Part shown: in pieces, positions 27,629 through 39,490 of the stretch
Layout of the letters: each line of letters begins with the position of its first letter
Position numbering within the stretch: the first letter of the stretch is position 1
Origin: Terriglobales bacterium
Lineage (GTDB): Bacteria; Acidobacteriota; Terriglobia; Terriglobales; SCQP01
NCBI GenBank assembly: GCA_050745565.1
Contig: JBOGKJ010000285.1
Span: 2,149 to 66,148, forward strand
Length of the DNA: 64,000 bases
Direction of reading: 5' to 3'
Program-made: the position numbers and the translations under genes
Notes under the pieces: model-generated
What the model was told of the DNA's origin: nothing
What the model saw: only the letters and a program-made list of their open reading frames with translations
Database searches by the model: none

Positions 27629-29059
27629 CTACTTCGCCAGCTTTTTGACGTCAATACCGTGGCGCTTGATCTTTTGATTCAGGGTTGAAACCGGAATCTG
27701 GAAGCGCTCTGCGGCGTCGGTTTGTCGGCCGTGGGTTTGTTCGAGCATCTCGATGATGAGCCGCCGCTCGTACTCGTCCACCATGCCGAACAGCGAGGAG
27801 GGGGCATTGGTGGGGTTGGCGGCGCCGTGGCCTCCGATTGGCTCCGGCAGCAATTCGGGCCCGATGAGCGGCTCGTTCGACAGCACCACGGCGCGTTCGA
27901 CGGCATTTTCCAGTTCGCGCACGTGTCCCGGCCAGTTGTAGTCGAGCAGGCAGCGCAGGGCATCGGGCGTGAGCCGCCGCGGCGGCAGTTGGTTTTCGGC
28001 CACATACTTCGCCAGGAAGTGCTCGGCGAGCAAGGGGATGTCCTCGCGCCGCTCGCGCAGCGCGGGCAGCGTCCTGGCCAGCACGTTGAGCCGGTAGAAC
28101 AGGTCTTCACGGAAGCGCCCCTCGGCGACCTGGGCCTGGAGGTTGACGTTGGTGGCGGCGATGACGCGCACATCCACCTGGACTTCCTCGACCGATCCCA
28201 GACGCATGAAGCGCTTGTCTTGCAGCACGCGCAGGATTTTCGCCTGCGTCTCGAGGCTCATGTTGCCGATTTCGTCGAGGAAGATCGTGCCATGGTCGGC
28301 GGCCTCGAACAGCCCCTTCTTGGGCGCGATGGCGCCGGTAAAGGCGCCGCGCACGTGGCCGAACAAGGTGGATTCGAGCAGCTCGGTGGTCATGCTGCCG
28401 CTGTTGACCGGCACGAAGGCGTGTTCGGCGCGGCTGGACTGGGCGTGGATCGCCTTGGCGATCACTTCCTTGCCGGTGCCGCTTTCCCCCTGCAGCAGCA
28501 CAGTCGAGCGGCTGGGAGCCACCTGCGCTACCCAATCCAGCAGACGCAGCATGGCCTCGCTTTTGCCGATGACGTTGGCGGCGCTGTAGCGTTGCTTGAG
28601 CGCGCGCTTGAGCTGCAGGTTCTCCTGACTGACGCGGGCCGCGGCGATGGCGGCGCGGATGTCGGCGAGCAGCTTCTCGTTGTTCCAGGGCTTTTGCAGG
28701 AAGGTCTGGGCGCCGGCCCGCATGGCCTCGACCGCCATCTCGACGGTGGCGAAGGCCGAGATCATCAGCACGGGGACGGTGGAATGGGCCCGGATGCGGC
28801 TCAACAGCTCCATGCCGCTGGCGCCCGGCAGGGCGACGTCGAGGAGCACGGCGTCAAACGGGGCGGCCTGGAAGCGCTCCCAGCCCCCGTCTAGATCGGC
28901 GGCGCTGGAGACGGCGAACCCTTCCATTCTCAGCAGCGTCTCGAGGCTCTGGCGGATTGCGGCCTCGTCGTCCACGATCAAGATGCGGCTGCCGGAGCCG
29001 GCGGCCGCGGGAAGCAGCGAGTCCGGGGGGGCAATGGCGGCCGACATGGTGGCAATCAC
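27629..29059 (-). CDS. sigma54-dependent response regulator (REC + AAA+ + HTH)
   Basis: 476 aa: ILIVDDE...AVLLDVALPG, GESGTGKE, canonical GAFTGA, C-terminal HTH. GTGA overlap with the upstream kinase stop. Confidence 0.9.
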   Translation of the reverse strand: MIATMSAAIAPPDSLLPAAAGSGSRILIVDDEAAIRQSLETLLRMEGFAVSSAADLDGGWERFQAAPFDAVLLDVALPGASGMELLSRIRAHSTVPVLMISAFATVEMAVEAMRAGAQTFLQKPWNNEKLLADIRAAIAAARVSQENLQLKRALKQRYSAANVIGKSEAMLRLLDWVAQVAPSRSTVLLQGESGTGKEVIAKAIHAQSSRAEHAFVPVNSGSMTTELLESTLFGHVRGAFTGAIAPKKGLFEAADHGTIFLDEIGNMSLETQAKILRVLQDKRFMRLGSVEEVQVDVRVIAATNVNLQAQVAEGRFREDLFYRLNVLARTLPALRERREDIPLLAEHFLAKYVAENQLPPRRLTPDALRCLLDYNWPGHVRELENAVERAVVLSNEPLIGPELLPEPIGGHGAANPTNAPSSLFGMVDEYERRLIIEMLEQTHGRQTDAAERFQIPVSTLNQKIKRHGIDVKKLAK

Positions 29060-32037
29060 GCCGGGCGGGCCATGGTCACCACCGGGTTGGCCGCCTCGGC
29101 CGACGCCAGCAAGGGCAACTCGACGGTAAACTCGGCGCCGTGTCCGGTGACGCTGTGGACGCGGATGGCGCCGCCGTGCTCCTGGACAATCCCATAGGTT
29201 ACGGCCAGGCCCAGGCCCGTTCCTGTGCTCATGGTAGCACTCTCGGCGGGGCGGGGCTCGGCCGGGCGGTTGGCCAGCTTGGTGGTAAAGAAGGGATCGA
29301 AAATGCGGTGCTGGAGCGCGGCGGGGATGCCTTCGCCGCTGTCCGACACCGAGACCCAGCCGAGGGCGGGGGCGCGGTTGGCCCGTTGCAGTCCTGAGGC
29401 CAGCCGCAGCGTGCCGCCGTGCGGCATGGCATCGCGGGCGTTCAGGATGAGGTTCAGGAAGACCTGCTGCAGTTTGCCGGCGTCGCCCAGCACCTCGACC
29501 GGCTCCGGATGCAGGGCGAGAATGACGTGGATGTTGGCGCCGCGCAGCGGGTGCTCGACCAGCGCCAGCGAATCGCGCAGCACCGCGTTCAGCTCCACCC
29601 GCAGGAAGCGCGCGGCGCCGGTGCGGGAGAAATTCAGCAGGTTGGCGATGATTTCCGAGGCCCGGAACGTCTGGCGCGTGATGGTATCCAGCACGGCGGC
29701 GCGCGGGTCTCCGGACGGGGTCAGCTTGGCCAGCATCTGACTGTGGCTGGAGATGACCGCCAGCGGCGTGTTGACCTCGTGCGCCACGCCGGCGGCCAGC
29801 AGGCCCACCGAGCGCAGCCGGTCGGCCTGAATGAGTTGCTGCTCCATGGCGGCGGTGGCGGTGACGTCATCGAGCAGGATGATGTGGCCAATGCGTTCGA
29901 ACTGCGACGTCACGAGCGGCGCAATGGCGAGGTCCATGATCTTGGGTCCAAGTGTTTGCGGGCCCAACGCCGGCATGGGGAACTTCGGATGGGTGTGGAT
30001 GCCGCCTGTGGCCGACGCCTGACCGAATACGCGGGCAAATTCCCCGCCCAGCAGGCTGGCAATCGGCTGGCCCAGGGCCAACTGACGCGGCCGGGCCGTG
30101 AGCACCTCCATCTGGGCATTCCAGCTTTCCACCCTGCCCTGCAGATTGACCGCCACCACGCCCACCTGAATGCTTTCGACGATGCTCTGGTTGAAATCCT
30201 TGAGCCGTTCGTACTCCTCCGCCTTGAGCCGGAGCCGCTCGTAGAGTTGAGCGTTTTCGATCCCGATGGCCAGATAGCCGGCAAGCGCTTCCACCAGCGC
30301 GAGGTCCTCGCCCGGCAGCAGCTCGCCGCGCTGGGTGCGGCCCAGTCCCACCAGCGCCACGGTGCGCCCCTGGAGCTGGCAGGGTATGAGGTAGTCGAGG
30401 CCCGACCGCCGGACCGCGTCGGGGACGGCCTCGAGCACGAGCCGGCAGGCATTGGGGGCGGCGAAGTGGCTGAGCAGTGGCAGCAACGCCGCCGCGCCGC
30501 CTGCGCCCGGTAGGCTTTGGGCACAGCGCCAGCCGCGCGCGGGTTCCTCCATCAGCAGCACCGACACCCGCGGTACCGACAGTGTTTGCCGCAGGCGCGA
30601 GGTGGCCAGTTCCAGCAGCCGCTCCAGCTCCGGCTGCGCGCTCATCTGCCGCCCGAACTCGATGAGCGTGCGGCGGTCGTCATAACGCTCGCGATAGAAC
30701 AGGCGATCCAGGCGCTCCTGCAGCCACGCCTTCATGGGCTCGAACAACAGTGCCGTGACCAGGATGGCAAGCAGCCAGCCGCTCCAACCCCATGCCGGCA
30801 GCCGGGTGTGGATGAGCACTCCGGCGAGGCCGATCACCGCCAAGTACACCAATACCACGGCGGCGGTCGCGAGAGTATAGGCAAGGCCGCGCCGGAAGAC
30901 CATATCGGCCTGCAGCAGATGGTGCCGCCAGATGGCGTAGGCAAACGCCAGCGGCACTAGCACCAACGAGGCAACGGCCCAGTTGGCGAACCGCGGCATG
31001 TCGGCGCCCAGCAGGTAAGGTGCAACGTAGAGGACGAAAAAGGGCGCCAGCGCGAGCCCGATGCCCCATGCCATCACCCGCGCCTGCTGCGCCACGCGTC
31101 CAGGCTGGGCGCGCGCCGCCCGCTGATGCCGCACGAGCACCGCCAGCGCCGCCAGGAAATAGCCGGCGAGCAGCCCGTAGCTGGCGCGATCCATGACGTC
31201 CAGGCTGACGCTGAGCGTCACCGGTAGCCACACCGCTCCGCTCGCCAGTGCGACCTCCAGCAGCCCGAGCAACAGCGCGGGGACATAGAGCAGCGCCTCG
31301 GCCCGCTGCAGCGCCCGGTTCGAGCGCAGCGGCGTGGCGGAGGCGGGGAAGCGTAGCGCAAAGTGCAGCAGCAGGCAGGGCGCCACCAGCAGGGCGGCCT
31401 CGTTGCCCCAGAAAATGGTGCGGTCAAACAGGTTAAGTTTGCCGGTGAAATGAAACGCGTAGAGCGCAAACGACGCCAGGCAGAACAGATAAAAACTCAC
31501 CGCCTGCGGCGCGCTGCGCCGTCGGCCGAGGACAAACAGGCCGATCATCAGGTACAGCAGGCCCACGGCGTCCAGAAACCCGTAGCGCGCAAGCGGCGGC
31601 TGGCTCGCCGTGACCGGCACCTGAAGTTCGAGCAGCCGGCCGTCGCGGATGACGATGTAGCGCAGCGTGCCGCCGATCGCGGCCCCATACAGGGCGCGCG
31701 CGACGTCGCCGGGCGAGGCCATGGGCGCGCCGTTGACGGTCACCAGCGCATCGCCGGCGCGGAGCGGCGTAGCGGCGCCGGGCGCGGTGGCCGCCACCAC
31801 CAGCCCTGCCGCCGTGGGCCGCCACAGCGCGGCGTCGGTGGGATGGCGGTAGATCCAGAGTTGATGCAGATTCAGCAGCGCCAGAACCACGATCGTGGCC
31901 GTGGCCAGCGCCAACACTACGGTGCGCAGGCTCAAGCCCGGGCGCGTGCTCCGGCTCGCGCCCGGCTGCGAGGCTCGCGTTGCCGCGCTCCCGCCTTGTA
32001 CCCGGTATTGATTTTCAGCATCCACCACGTGACCCAA
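29056..32037 (-). CDS. sensor histidine kinase with N-terminal PDZ-like module, multi-TM block, GAF/PAS-like region
   Basis: 993 aa. GDALVTVNGAPMASPGDVARALYGAAIGGTLRYIVIRDGRLLELQV (PDZ-like), about 8 TM segments, H-box AHEVNTPLAVI, DSGEGIP and GTGLGLAV. TTG start, uncertain. Confidence 0.8.
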   Translation of the reverse strand: MGHVVDAENQYRVQGGSAATRASQPGASRSTRPGLSLRTVVLALATATIVVLALLNLHQLWIYRHPTDAALWRPTAAGLVVAATAPGAATPLRAGDALVTVNGAPMASPGDVARALYGAAIGGTLRYIVIRDGRLLELQVPVTASQPPLARYGFLDAVGLLYLMIGLFVLGRRRSAPQAVSFYLFCLASFALYAFHFTGKLNLFDRTIFWGNEAALLVAPCLLLHFALRFPASATPLRSNRALQRAEALLYVPALLLGLLEVALASGAVWLPVTLSVSLDVMDRASYGLLAGYFLAALAVLVRHQRAARAQPGRVAQQARVMAWGIGLALAPFFVLYVAPYLLGADMPRFANWAVASLVLVPLAFAYAIWRHHLLQADMVFRRGLAYTLATAAVVLVYLAVIGLAGVLIHTRLPAWGWSGWLLAILVTALLFEPMKAWLQERLDRLFYRERYDDRRTLIEFGRQMSAQPELERLLELATSRLRQTLSVPRVSVLLMEEPARGWRCAQSLPGAGGAAALLPLLSHFAAPNACRLVLEAVPDAVRRSGLDYLIPCQLQGRTVALVGLGRTQRGELLPGEDLALVEALAGYLAIGIENAQLYERLRLKAEEYERLKDFNQSIVESIQVGVVAVNLQGRVESWNAQMEVLTARPRQLALGQPIASLLGGEFARVFGQASATGGIHTHPKFPMPALGPQTLGPKIMDLAIAPLVTSQFERIGHIILLDDVTATAAMEQQLIQADRLRSVGLLAAGVAHEVNTPLAVISSHSQMLAKLTPSGDPRAAVLDTITRQTFRASEIIANLLNFSRTGAARFLRVELNAVLRDSLALVEHPLRGANIHVILALHPEPVEVLGDAGKLQQVFLNLILNARDAMPHGGTLRLASGLQRANRAPALGWVSVSDSGEGIPAALQHRIFDPFFTTKLANRPAEPRPAESATMSTGTGLGLAVTYGIVQEHGGAIRVHSVTGHGAEFTVELPLLASAEAANPVVTMARPA

Positions 32038-32064
32038 GGCCGGGCTGCGGCTGCGGCAGCCCGG

Positions 32065-33804
32065 CTAAAAACTGATGCTGATGCCACCCCGCAGCGAGCG
32101 GGCCGTTTGCATCAAGTAAAGCGTCCGGCCATCCGTGCCCAGCATGGGGAGATAGCCTTGCGCCAGAAGGTTGTGGATCTCCATGAGCGCGGCAATTTTG
32201 CCGCCACCGCTCATGAGGCCAGGCAGGGGCTGGCGCACATACAGGTTGGCGTAGGAGTCGCTCTGGGCCGGCCCATCGTCGTACAGGTCCAGCCCCGTAG
32301 CGGTGGCCCGGCTCAGGGCCCGGTAACTGCAAATGATGGAGGTGTGGGTGGCCGGCAGCTTGCCGCTGAGTTTTAGCGTCACGGCATGGGCGCGGGCCGG
32401 CGCCAGCGCTTCAGCCAACTGGTTGGACCAGACCGCCCCATTTGGCGCCAGCACCGGGCCTTCGCTGAAACCTATGGCGGCGTGCCAGCCCTGGCCGAGG
32501 CTCTGTTCGAGCGCCACCCGGTAACCGGCGCCTCCGTAGTTGCCGCCGTTGGCGATGAACATGTTGTTGAGCAGATCGGGCAGCAGGTTGCCGTTGAGGC
32601 TGGCGGTGCCGCCCACCATCGGCGCGGCCGCGTCCAGCGAATAGGCACCGTTGATGGCTGTGCCCGCGTAGTGCTCGGTGTAGACGGCCGCGCTCCAGGT
32701 GGTGTTGGCGCCCAAGTTGTCGGTGTAGCGCAGCTCCTGGTGGCGGGCATGCTCCAGCCGCGCCCGGCCTTGGTTGAGGGTGACCTTGGGGGCGGGGTCA
32801 GGCATGTCGGCGTAGTCTCGATTGAACTCCAGCGGCGGCACTGCCGAGGCGGCCCGGTACTCCAGTTGGGACTGCGGCGAAATCTCCAGGGTCGCCCGCA
32901 GGTAAGGGTCCACCGTCGCCACCGTGTCGGTCATGGTGACCATGTTCAGCATCGAGCCGTACTGCACGCGCACGCGGTTGCCCAGATTGAACGCATTGGC
33001 GTAGTTCAGTGAAACCAGCCGCAGCGACGGCAGCGCCGGCAGTCCGGGCACGGCAATCTGATGGACAGCCACCATCAATCTGGCTGGCGCAGTGGGGTCG
33101 GCGGAGTGGAAGGTTGCTGCGACTTTGGTGTCGGCACCGCCGCCCTGGACGTTGGTACCGACTGCGCCGCTGACCGCCACCCGGGCGCCATCCCAGAGGC
33201 TGGAGTCCACGCGGAAGTTGGTGGTCAAGCCCGGTCCCTCGAAGGCTCCGCTCCCACTGCCGGCGGTGAGTGCCACGAAGCCCTGAACCGCGTCACTATC
33301 GCCGCCCGGCCCTGCCCCATTTCCGTCGAGGCGCAGAATCGGCTTCCAAATGCTGGCCTGCCGCAGCGCCCATAGAAACGCCTGGTCGGCGTTGACCCCC
33401 GCCGGCGGCCCGAACTGCACCTGGTGCAGCAGGCTGGGCAGGCTGACCAGCAGCAGGGCACGCTCGGAAGCATGCACCTGCACTTGGTAGCGGGTAGCGA
33501 TCCGAGTACCCTTGCCCACCTGCACGTAATAGGTACCGGGCTGAAGTCCGGTGACTGTGAACAAGCCGTGAGCGTCGCTCAACTGCTCGAGTGGGCGGCT
33601 GTTGAGCGCCGCCGCGCGCACCTCCACCACGGCGTCGGCCTCGCGGCGCCCGCGCGCATCGGTGACGACGCCAAAAATTACGCCCGTGGCCGTCACCGCC
33701 ACCGCCGGGTTGACGCCGGCTTGCTGCGCCACCGCTGGCACGGCCAGTCCCGCCGCCAGCAGGGTGGCGGTCAACGCGACGGCGGCGGTGCGGAGGGAGC
33801 GCAT
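32065..33804 (-). CDS. outer-membrane beta-barrel protein with CarboxypepD_reg-like N-terminal domain
   Basis: 579 aa, signal peptide. GVIFGVVTDARG...FTVTGLQPGTYYVQV, C-terminal ...RGGISISF (aromatic terminus). Confidence 0.7.
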   Translation of the reverse strand: MRSLRTAAVALTATLLAAGLAVPAVAQQAGVNPAVAVTATGVIFGVVTDARGRREADAVVEVRAAALNSRPLEQLSDAHGLFTVTGLQPGTYYVQVGKGTRIATRYQVQVHASERALLLVSLPSLLHQVQFGPPAGVNADQAFLWALRQASIWKPILRLDGNGAGPGGDSDAVQGFVALTAGSGSGAFEGPGLTTNFRVDSSLWDGARVAVSGAVGTNVQGGGADTKVAATFHSADPTAPARLMVAVHQIAVPGLPALPSLRLVSLNYANAFNLGNRVRVQYGSMLNMVTMTDTVATVDPYLRATLEISPQSQLEYRAASAVPPLEFNRDYADMPDPAPKVTLNQGRARLEHARHQELRYTDNLGANTTWSAAVYTEHYAGTAINGAYSLDAAAPMVGGTASLNGNLLPDLLNNMFIANGGNYGGAGYRVALEQSLGQGWHAAIGFSEGPVLAPNGAVWSNQLAEALAPARAHAVTLKLSGKLPATHTSIICSYRALSRATATGLDLYDDGPAQSDSYANLYVRQPLPGLMSGGGKIAALMEIHNLLAQGYLPMLGTDGRTLYLMQTARSLRGGISISF

Positions 33805-33818
33805 CCGGATCCTTGCGG

Positions 33819-35549
33819 TTATTTTAGTACAAGGAACGTGGTTTGGGGCTTGATCGTCTGTTTGTTCAAATTGTCGGTCACGGAGATCGTGAGCCGGTAG
33901 GTGCTGGGCGGCAGGCTGGCGAGCGGCAGCGTCTTTTCGAGCGTGAGCTGATCGGCCGCGTTGGTCATCGAGGCCGCACCCTGGGTGGTCTGGAGTACGG
34001 TTTTGAGCGTGGCCAGGTTTTCGATGGTGTAGGTGATGGTGGCGGAGGGCTTATGGGTCACCTTGTCGGTTTGGAGGTTGTAAACCTGCATCCACAGGCC
34101 AAGCGATTGGCTTTGCTTGAACTGCGCCGGCGCGCCAATGCCGCCCATCACCGGACGCACCTTGGTGTCGCCCAGGATGAACTGGCCCTGCCCGACGTCC
34201 TTATCAGGAACCTTTTCGATGTCGTCGGAGAGGATGATGCTGGAGGATGCCAATTGGTCATCCTTGTACTCGGGTACCACGATGGAGAAGCTCTTCGTCC
34301 CAAGTTTATTGGGGGCGTTGGCATCCTTCAGCGCCAAGCTGACTTTGTACCGGCCGGGCTTGAGCAGCGCTCCGTGCCAGTAGCGCGCCGTCTTGCTGGC
34401 GTAGTCGGGCAGCAACTCGGCCGGAAACTGGGCGTTGGCGGTGTCGTCCCAGCGGTCCACGACGCGGCCGCTGATGGTGCTGATCTGGCCGTAAATATCG
34501 ACCTGCCCCATATCCACACCGCTGGAGTCCTTCATGGTCATGTTGCGGTAGGCGATCTGCAGCGTGATCGGCACCATCACCGTGTCGTCGGTGATTTTGA
34601 CTATGTCGGTGCGGTAGCGGAACGGTAGCAGGTTGTAGTTGACACTGTGGGTTACCAGTTCCTGCAGGTCTGTATATTTGACTGGCGGGGGCGTGAATAC
34701 CTTGGCATAGGTGTCGATGCGGTTGAACTCGCTTTGATCTTCGGTGAAATAGGCGTCGCCCGGACAGGAGGTGCCGTTGGCATTGGTCATGCGGCTGGTT
34801 TTGCTGGCCGTCCCCATGGACTCGCCCATGGACAGACCGGCGCCGGGCACCTCGGCCAGCGCGTCCTTGGCGCAGGGATCGGTAGTGAGCTGAAACTCGC
34901 CGCACCAGCACTTATCCACGAACTCCAATTGGATGTTGCTGCCGATGCCGGGCAGGTAGTTGTAGGTCCAATCCTCGAATGGATAGGTTGAGGTCGAGCC
35001 CCCGCCCAGGTTGATGGGACGGTCGTAGGCACCGCCGGCATCGTGGTCGTCCTGATCGTCCGGCTTGCCCCAACTGATGTAGATGCGGCCGCGGTCGGTC
35101 TTCCAGCCCGGTTCACCGGAGGCAAAATGCTGGTTGGCGTAAGCGATGCGACGGTAGTATTCCTCTTTGTAAGTGTTATAGGGGTCTTCCGGGTCAGGAT
35201 TCCGCCGCTGCCAGAACGACTCAATGAAGGCCTCGCGCTCATCTTCGTTATGGAGCTGCAAAAACGTCTGCCGCTCCTCCGGGGTGATGATGTAGGCGAC
35301 ATCCTCATTGAGCCACTTCTTGTCTTCCGGGTTAAGCTCCTTTTCAAGTTCTTTCTGCTGCTTGCGCCGCTGTCTTGGGGTGAGGGCGTGTTTGGGCGGC
35401 GGGACGGCCTGCTGTTGCTGGGAGGTAGCCTGGGCCGTCTGCTGGGCGGCGCCCTGGGCGCGACCGGAGACGGTGGCGAGCAGGCAGAGGACCGCCACCA
35501 GCGCGGGGGCGAAAAAGGCGACCTTATTGAAGCTGCTGCGACAAGACAT
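33819..35549 (-). CDS. GWxTD domain-containing secreted protein
   Basis: 576 aa, signal peptide. Motif GEPGWKTDRGRIYISWGKPD. Confidence 0.8.
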   Translation of the reverse strand: MSCRSSFNKVAFFAPALVAVLCLLATVSGRAQGAAQQTAQATSQQQQAVPPPKHALTPRQRRKQQKELEKELNPEDKKWLNEDVAYIITPEERQTFLQLHNEDEREAFIESFWQRRNPDPEDPYNTYKEEYYRRIAYANQHFASGEPGWKTDRGRIYISWGKPDDQDDHDAGGAYDRPINLGGGSTSTYPFEDWTYNYLPGIGSNIQLEFVDKCWCGEFQLTTDPCAKDALAEVPGAGLSMGESMGTASKTSRMTNANGTSCPGDAYFTEDQSEFNRIDTYAKVFTPPPVKYTDLQELVTHSVNYNLLPFRYRTDIVKITDDTVMVPITLQIAYRNMTMKDSSGVDMGQVDIYGQISTISGRVVDRWDDTANAQFPAELLPDYASKTARYWHGALLKPGRYKVSLALKDANAPNKLGTKSFSIVVPEYKDDQLASSSIILSDDIEKVPDKDVGQGQFILGDTKVRPVMGGIGAPAQFKQSQSLGLWMQVYNLQTDKVTHKPSATITYTIENLATLKTVLQTTQGAASMTNAADQLTLEKTLPLASLPPSTYRLTISVTDNLNKQTIKPQTTFLVLK

Positions 35550-35671
35550 GGCGCACGGCAGGGCTGCTCGCCCGCAGTGGAACTCTCTGCTCAGATGTTA
35601 AGCGCCCGGGCCGGGGCGGGTCAAGCAATATTCGGCGCCGGGAGTTGACAGGCGTGCCGGGCACCACGGCA

Positions 35672-35955
35672 GTCAATTGACGGGCGCGGGCCCCTGCCCC
35701 TGCTCGCTGAGACGCTCGCAGCGCCATGCCCGCACTCGAAGGGCTGTGGAGCGCCGGCCCGGGGCCCGGTGAGCCCAAGGGGGCGCGAGCGGCATGGTGG
35801 GAAGGGGGCCGCGCCGCTTCGTTTACCGGGAGCGGTGAAAGCGCCACTGGCGCTTTCACCTCGTTGGAATTCCGCGGCCCTTCGCGCCGATTTTGCCCGC
35901 AGTGCAAACGGCGCGACTCCCGCGAAGGGGTGGAAAACGGGCGGTCTGGAATCGC
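35672..35955. repeat. dispersed repeat family B, copy B2
   Basis: Aligns block by block with 19844-20160 (see B1). Contains the perfect hairpin GGTGAAAGCGCC-act-GGCGCTTTCACC. Confidence 0.8.
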
Positions 35956-36031
35956 AGTAAATAGGAACTGAACTGGGGTGCGCGGCCGCGCGTACAACCA
36001 CTACGGGTTAAACTGAGAAGAACTGCGCCAC

Positions 36032-37426
36032 ATGTCCACCGCTAAAAAACTCATCATTTTCATTGTCATTGTGGTTGGGTTGGGCGGGGCGGTCGCCGTC
36101 TCGCTCACGCAGCAGGGCCGGGACCGGGTCACGATCCAGACGGTTCAAGTCGCGCGCCAGAACCTCACTGCCGTGGTGACCGCCTCGGGCGAGATCACGC
36201 CCAAGACCTACGCCGACATCAGCCCCAACAATGTCGGCCAGATCACCGACCTTTACGTGAAGGAAGGCGATCACGTCAAGGCTGGCCAACTTTTGGCCAA
36301 GCTCTGGAATGTGCAGGAAGCGGCGCAGGTCTCCGGCATGCAGGCGGCATTGAAGACCAGCTCGGCTAATCTGGCGGCGCAACAGGCGGCACTGGGCACG
36401 GCCCACGCCAATGTCGCCCGCGACACGGCCCAACTGGCCCAGGTGCGCCAGGACTGGCGCCGCACCCAGGCGCTGTATGAAGACAAATTGCTGGCGCGCT
36501 CGGACTATGAAGCCAAAGAGGCCGCCTACAAGACTGCCGAGGCGCAGCTGCAGGTTTCTCAGGCGGCGCTCAAGCAGGGTCAGGCCCAGGTGGATGCCCT
36601 GCAGGCCCAGATCAACCAGTCCAAAGCCAACTTGCGGTCCGCCAGCGACGCGCTGAGCCGGACCGAGTTCCGCAGTCCGCTGACCGGCATCGTGACCTAT
36701 CTGCCGGTGCACGTCGGCGACACGGTGGTGATGGGCATTCAGAACTCGCCCGGCAGCACGCTGATGCGGATCGCCGACATGAGCGTGGTTACGGCCGAAG
36801 TGCAGGTGGACGAAACCGACATTGCCAATGTCCGCGTGGGCCAGCCCGCCACCATCACCATTGACGCGTTTGGCGACACCAAGTTCCCCGCCCACGTCAC
36901 CGAAGTTGGCGACACCGCCATCCTGCGCTCGACCGGCGTCGCCGCCAGCTCCAACGGTTCCGATGCCCAACAGGCAAAAGATTTCAAAGTGGTCGTGCAA
37001 CTCGACTCACCGCCGTCCGACATTCGCCCCGGCCTGAGCTGTACGGCCCAGATCACCACCGCCACCGCCGACAACGCCATCAGCGTTCCCCTGCAGGCGA
37101 TAGTCGAGCGCGACCCCAGCCAGTTAAAGACCCCGGCGCCGGGGGCGGCCCTGCCGGCGGTACCGAGCTCTGTCAAAGCGCAGGAGCAGCCGGTGCAGGG
37201 CATCTTCGTGGTGGATCCGGGGACCATGACGGCCAACTTCGTCCCCGCCACCACCGGCGTGAGCGGCATTGACCACATCCAGGTGCTGAGCGGCGTCAAG
37301 CCCGGCGATGAGATCGTCACCGGGCCCTATGATGCCTTGCGCACGCTGGCCAATCACGCGAAAATCAAGGTGGACAACTCGCTGGTGGCCGTGGCCGCAT
37401 CCACCACCCCCAGCAGTTCCAACTAA
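36032..37426 (+). CDS. HlyD/MacA-type periplasmic adaptor subunit
   Basis: 464 aa, N-terminal TM, biotinyl-lipoyl-like and long Q/A-rich coiled coil, C-terminal beta domain. Confidence 0.85.
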   Translation: MSTAKKLIIFIVIVVGLGGAVAVSLTQQGRDRVTIQTVQVARQNLTAVVTASGEITPKTYADISPNNVGQITDLYVKEGDHVKAGQLLAKLWNVQEAAQVSGMQAALKTSSANLAAQQAALGTAHANVARDTAQLAQVRQDWRRTQALYEDKLLARSDYEAKEAAYKTAEAQLQVSQAALKQGQAQVDALQAQINQSKANLRSASDALSRTEFRSPLTGIVTYLPVHVGDTVVMGIQNSPGSTLMRIADMSVVTAEVQVDETDIANVRVGQPATITIDAFGDTKFPAHVTEVGDTAILRSTGVAASSNGSDAQQAKDFKVVVQLDSPPSDIRPGLSCTAQITTATADNAISVPLQAIVERDPSQLKTPAPGAALPAVPSSVKAQEQPVQGIFVVDPGTMTANFVPATTGVSGIDHIQVLSGVKPGDEIVTGPYDALRTLANHAKIKVDNSLVAVAASTTPSSSN

Positions 37427-37431
37427 CGCCC

Positions 37432-38226
37432 ATGCCCATTCCCTCTGCCGTCCCTGCCACCGACCCTGGCCCGCTCGCGTCCGGCGTCCACTCCGGCACG
37501 CTGGTTTCACCCTCGCCCGACGCCATCATCCAGACCGTTGATTTGTGGAAGATCTATCAAATGGGCACCGAACAGGTGGCCGCGCTGCGCGGAGTCTCGA
37601 TCGAGATCAAGCGCAACGAGTACGTGGCGATCATGGGGCCTTCGGGTTCGGGCAAGAGCACGCTCATGAACCTGATCGGCTGCCTCGACTCACCCACGCG
37701 CGGCCAGTACTGGCTGAACCACCAACTGGTGTCGGAGCTCGATGACGATGAGCTGGCGCACATCCGCAACCACGAGATCGGGTTCGTGTTCCAGACCTTC
37801 AACCTGCTAGCGCGCGCCACGGCGCTGCACAACGTCGAGCTGCCGCTGATCTACGCCGGCATTGCCGCCGGCGACCGTGCGGCCATGGCGGCCGAGGCGC
37901 TCAAGAAAGTAGACCTGCTCGACCGCCAGCACCACCGCCCCAACGAGCTCAGCGGCGGCCAGCGCCAGCGCGTCGCGATAGCGCGGGCGCTGATCAACAA
38001 CCCCAGCATCCTGCTGGCCGACGAACCCACCGGCAACCTGGATTCGGTGACCAGCAACGAAATCATGGGGCTGATGGACCGGCTCTGGGAGCTGGGCAAC
38101 ACCATCGTGCTGGTGACGCACGAGCCCGATATTTCCGAGTACGCGCACCGCGTCATCCACATCCGTGATGGCAAGGTGGCGCGCGATGAATCTACCCGGC
38201 GCGGGCGCGAGAACACCCGCGCCTGA
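37432..38226 (+). CDS. ABC transporter ATP-binding protein (MacB/LolD type)
   Basis: Walker [10 protein letters not shown], signature [15 protein letters not shown], Walker [13 protein letters not shown]. Confidence 0.92.
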   Translation: MPIPSAVPATDPGPLASGVHSGTLVSPSPDAIIQTVDLWKIYQMGTEQVAALRGVSIEIKRNEYVAIMGPSGSGKSTLMNLIGCLDSPTRGQYWLNHQLVSELDDDELAHIRNHEIGFVFQTFNLLARATALHNVELPLIYAGIAAGDRAAMAAEALKKVDLLDRQHHRPNELSGGQRQRVAIARALINNPSILLADEPTGNLDSVTSNEIMGLMDRLWELGNTIVLVTHEPDISEYAHRVIHIRDGKVARDESTRRGRENTRA

Positions 38227-38253
38227 CCGCCGGCCCTGGCCGCGGCGCTCGCC

Positions 38254-39489
<1,236 letters not shown>

Positions 39490-39490
39490 C

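Noticed and set aside
35625-35640. Possible sigma54 -24/-12 promoter on the minus strand upstream of the GWxTD operon (CGGCGCC-GAATA-TTGCT).
   Set aside because: The GG-to-GC spacing is 11 nt instead of 10, and the -24 element is GGCGCC rather than TGGCAC. Too weak to call.
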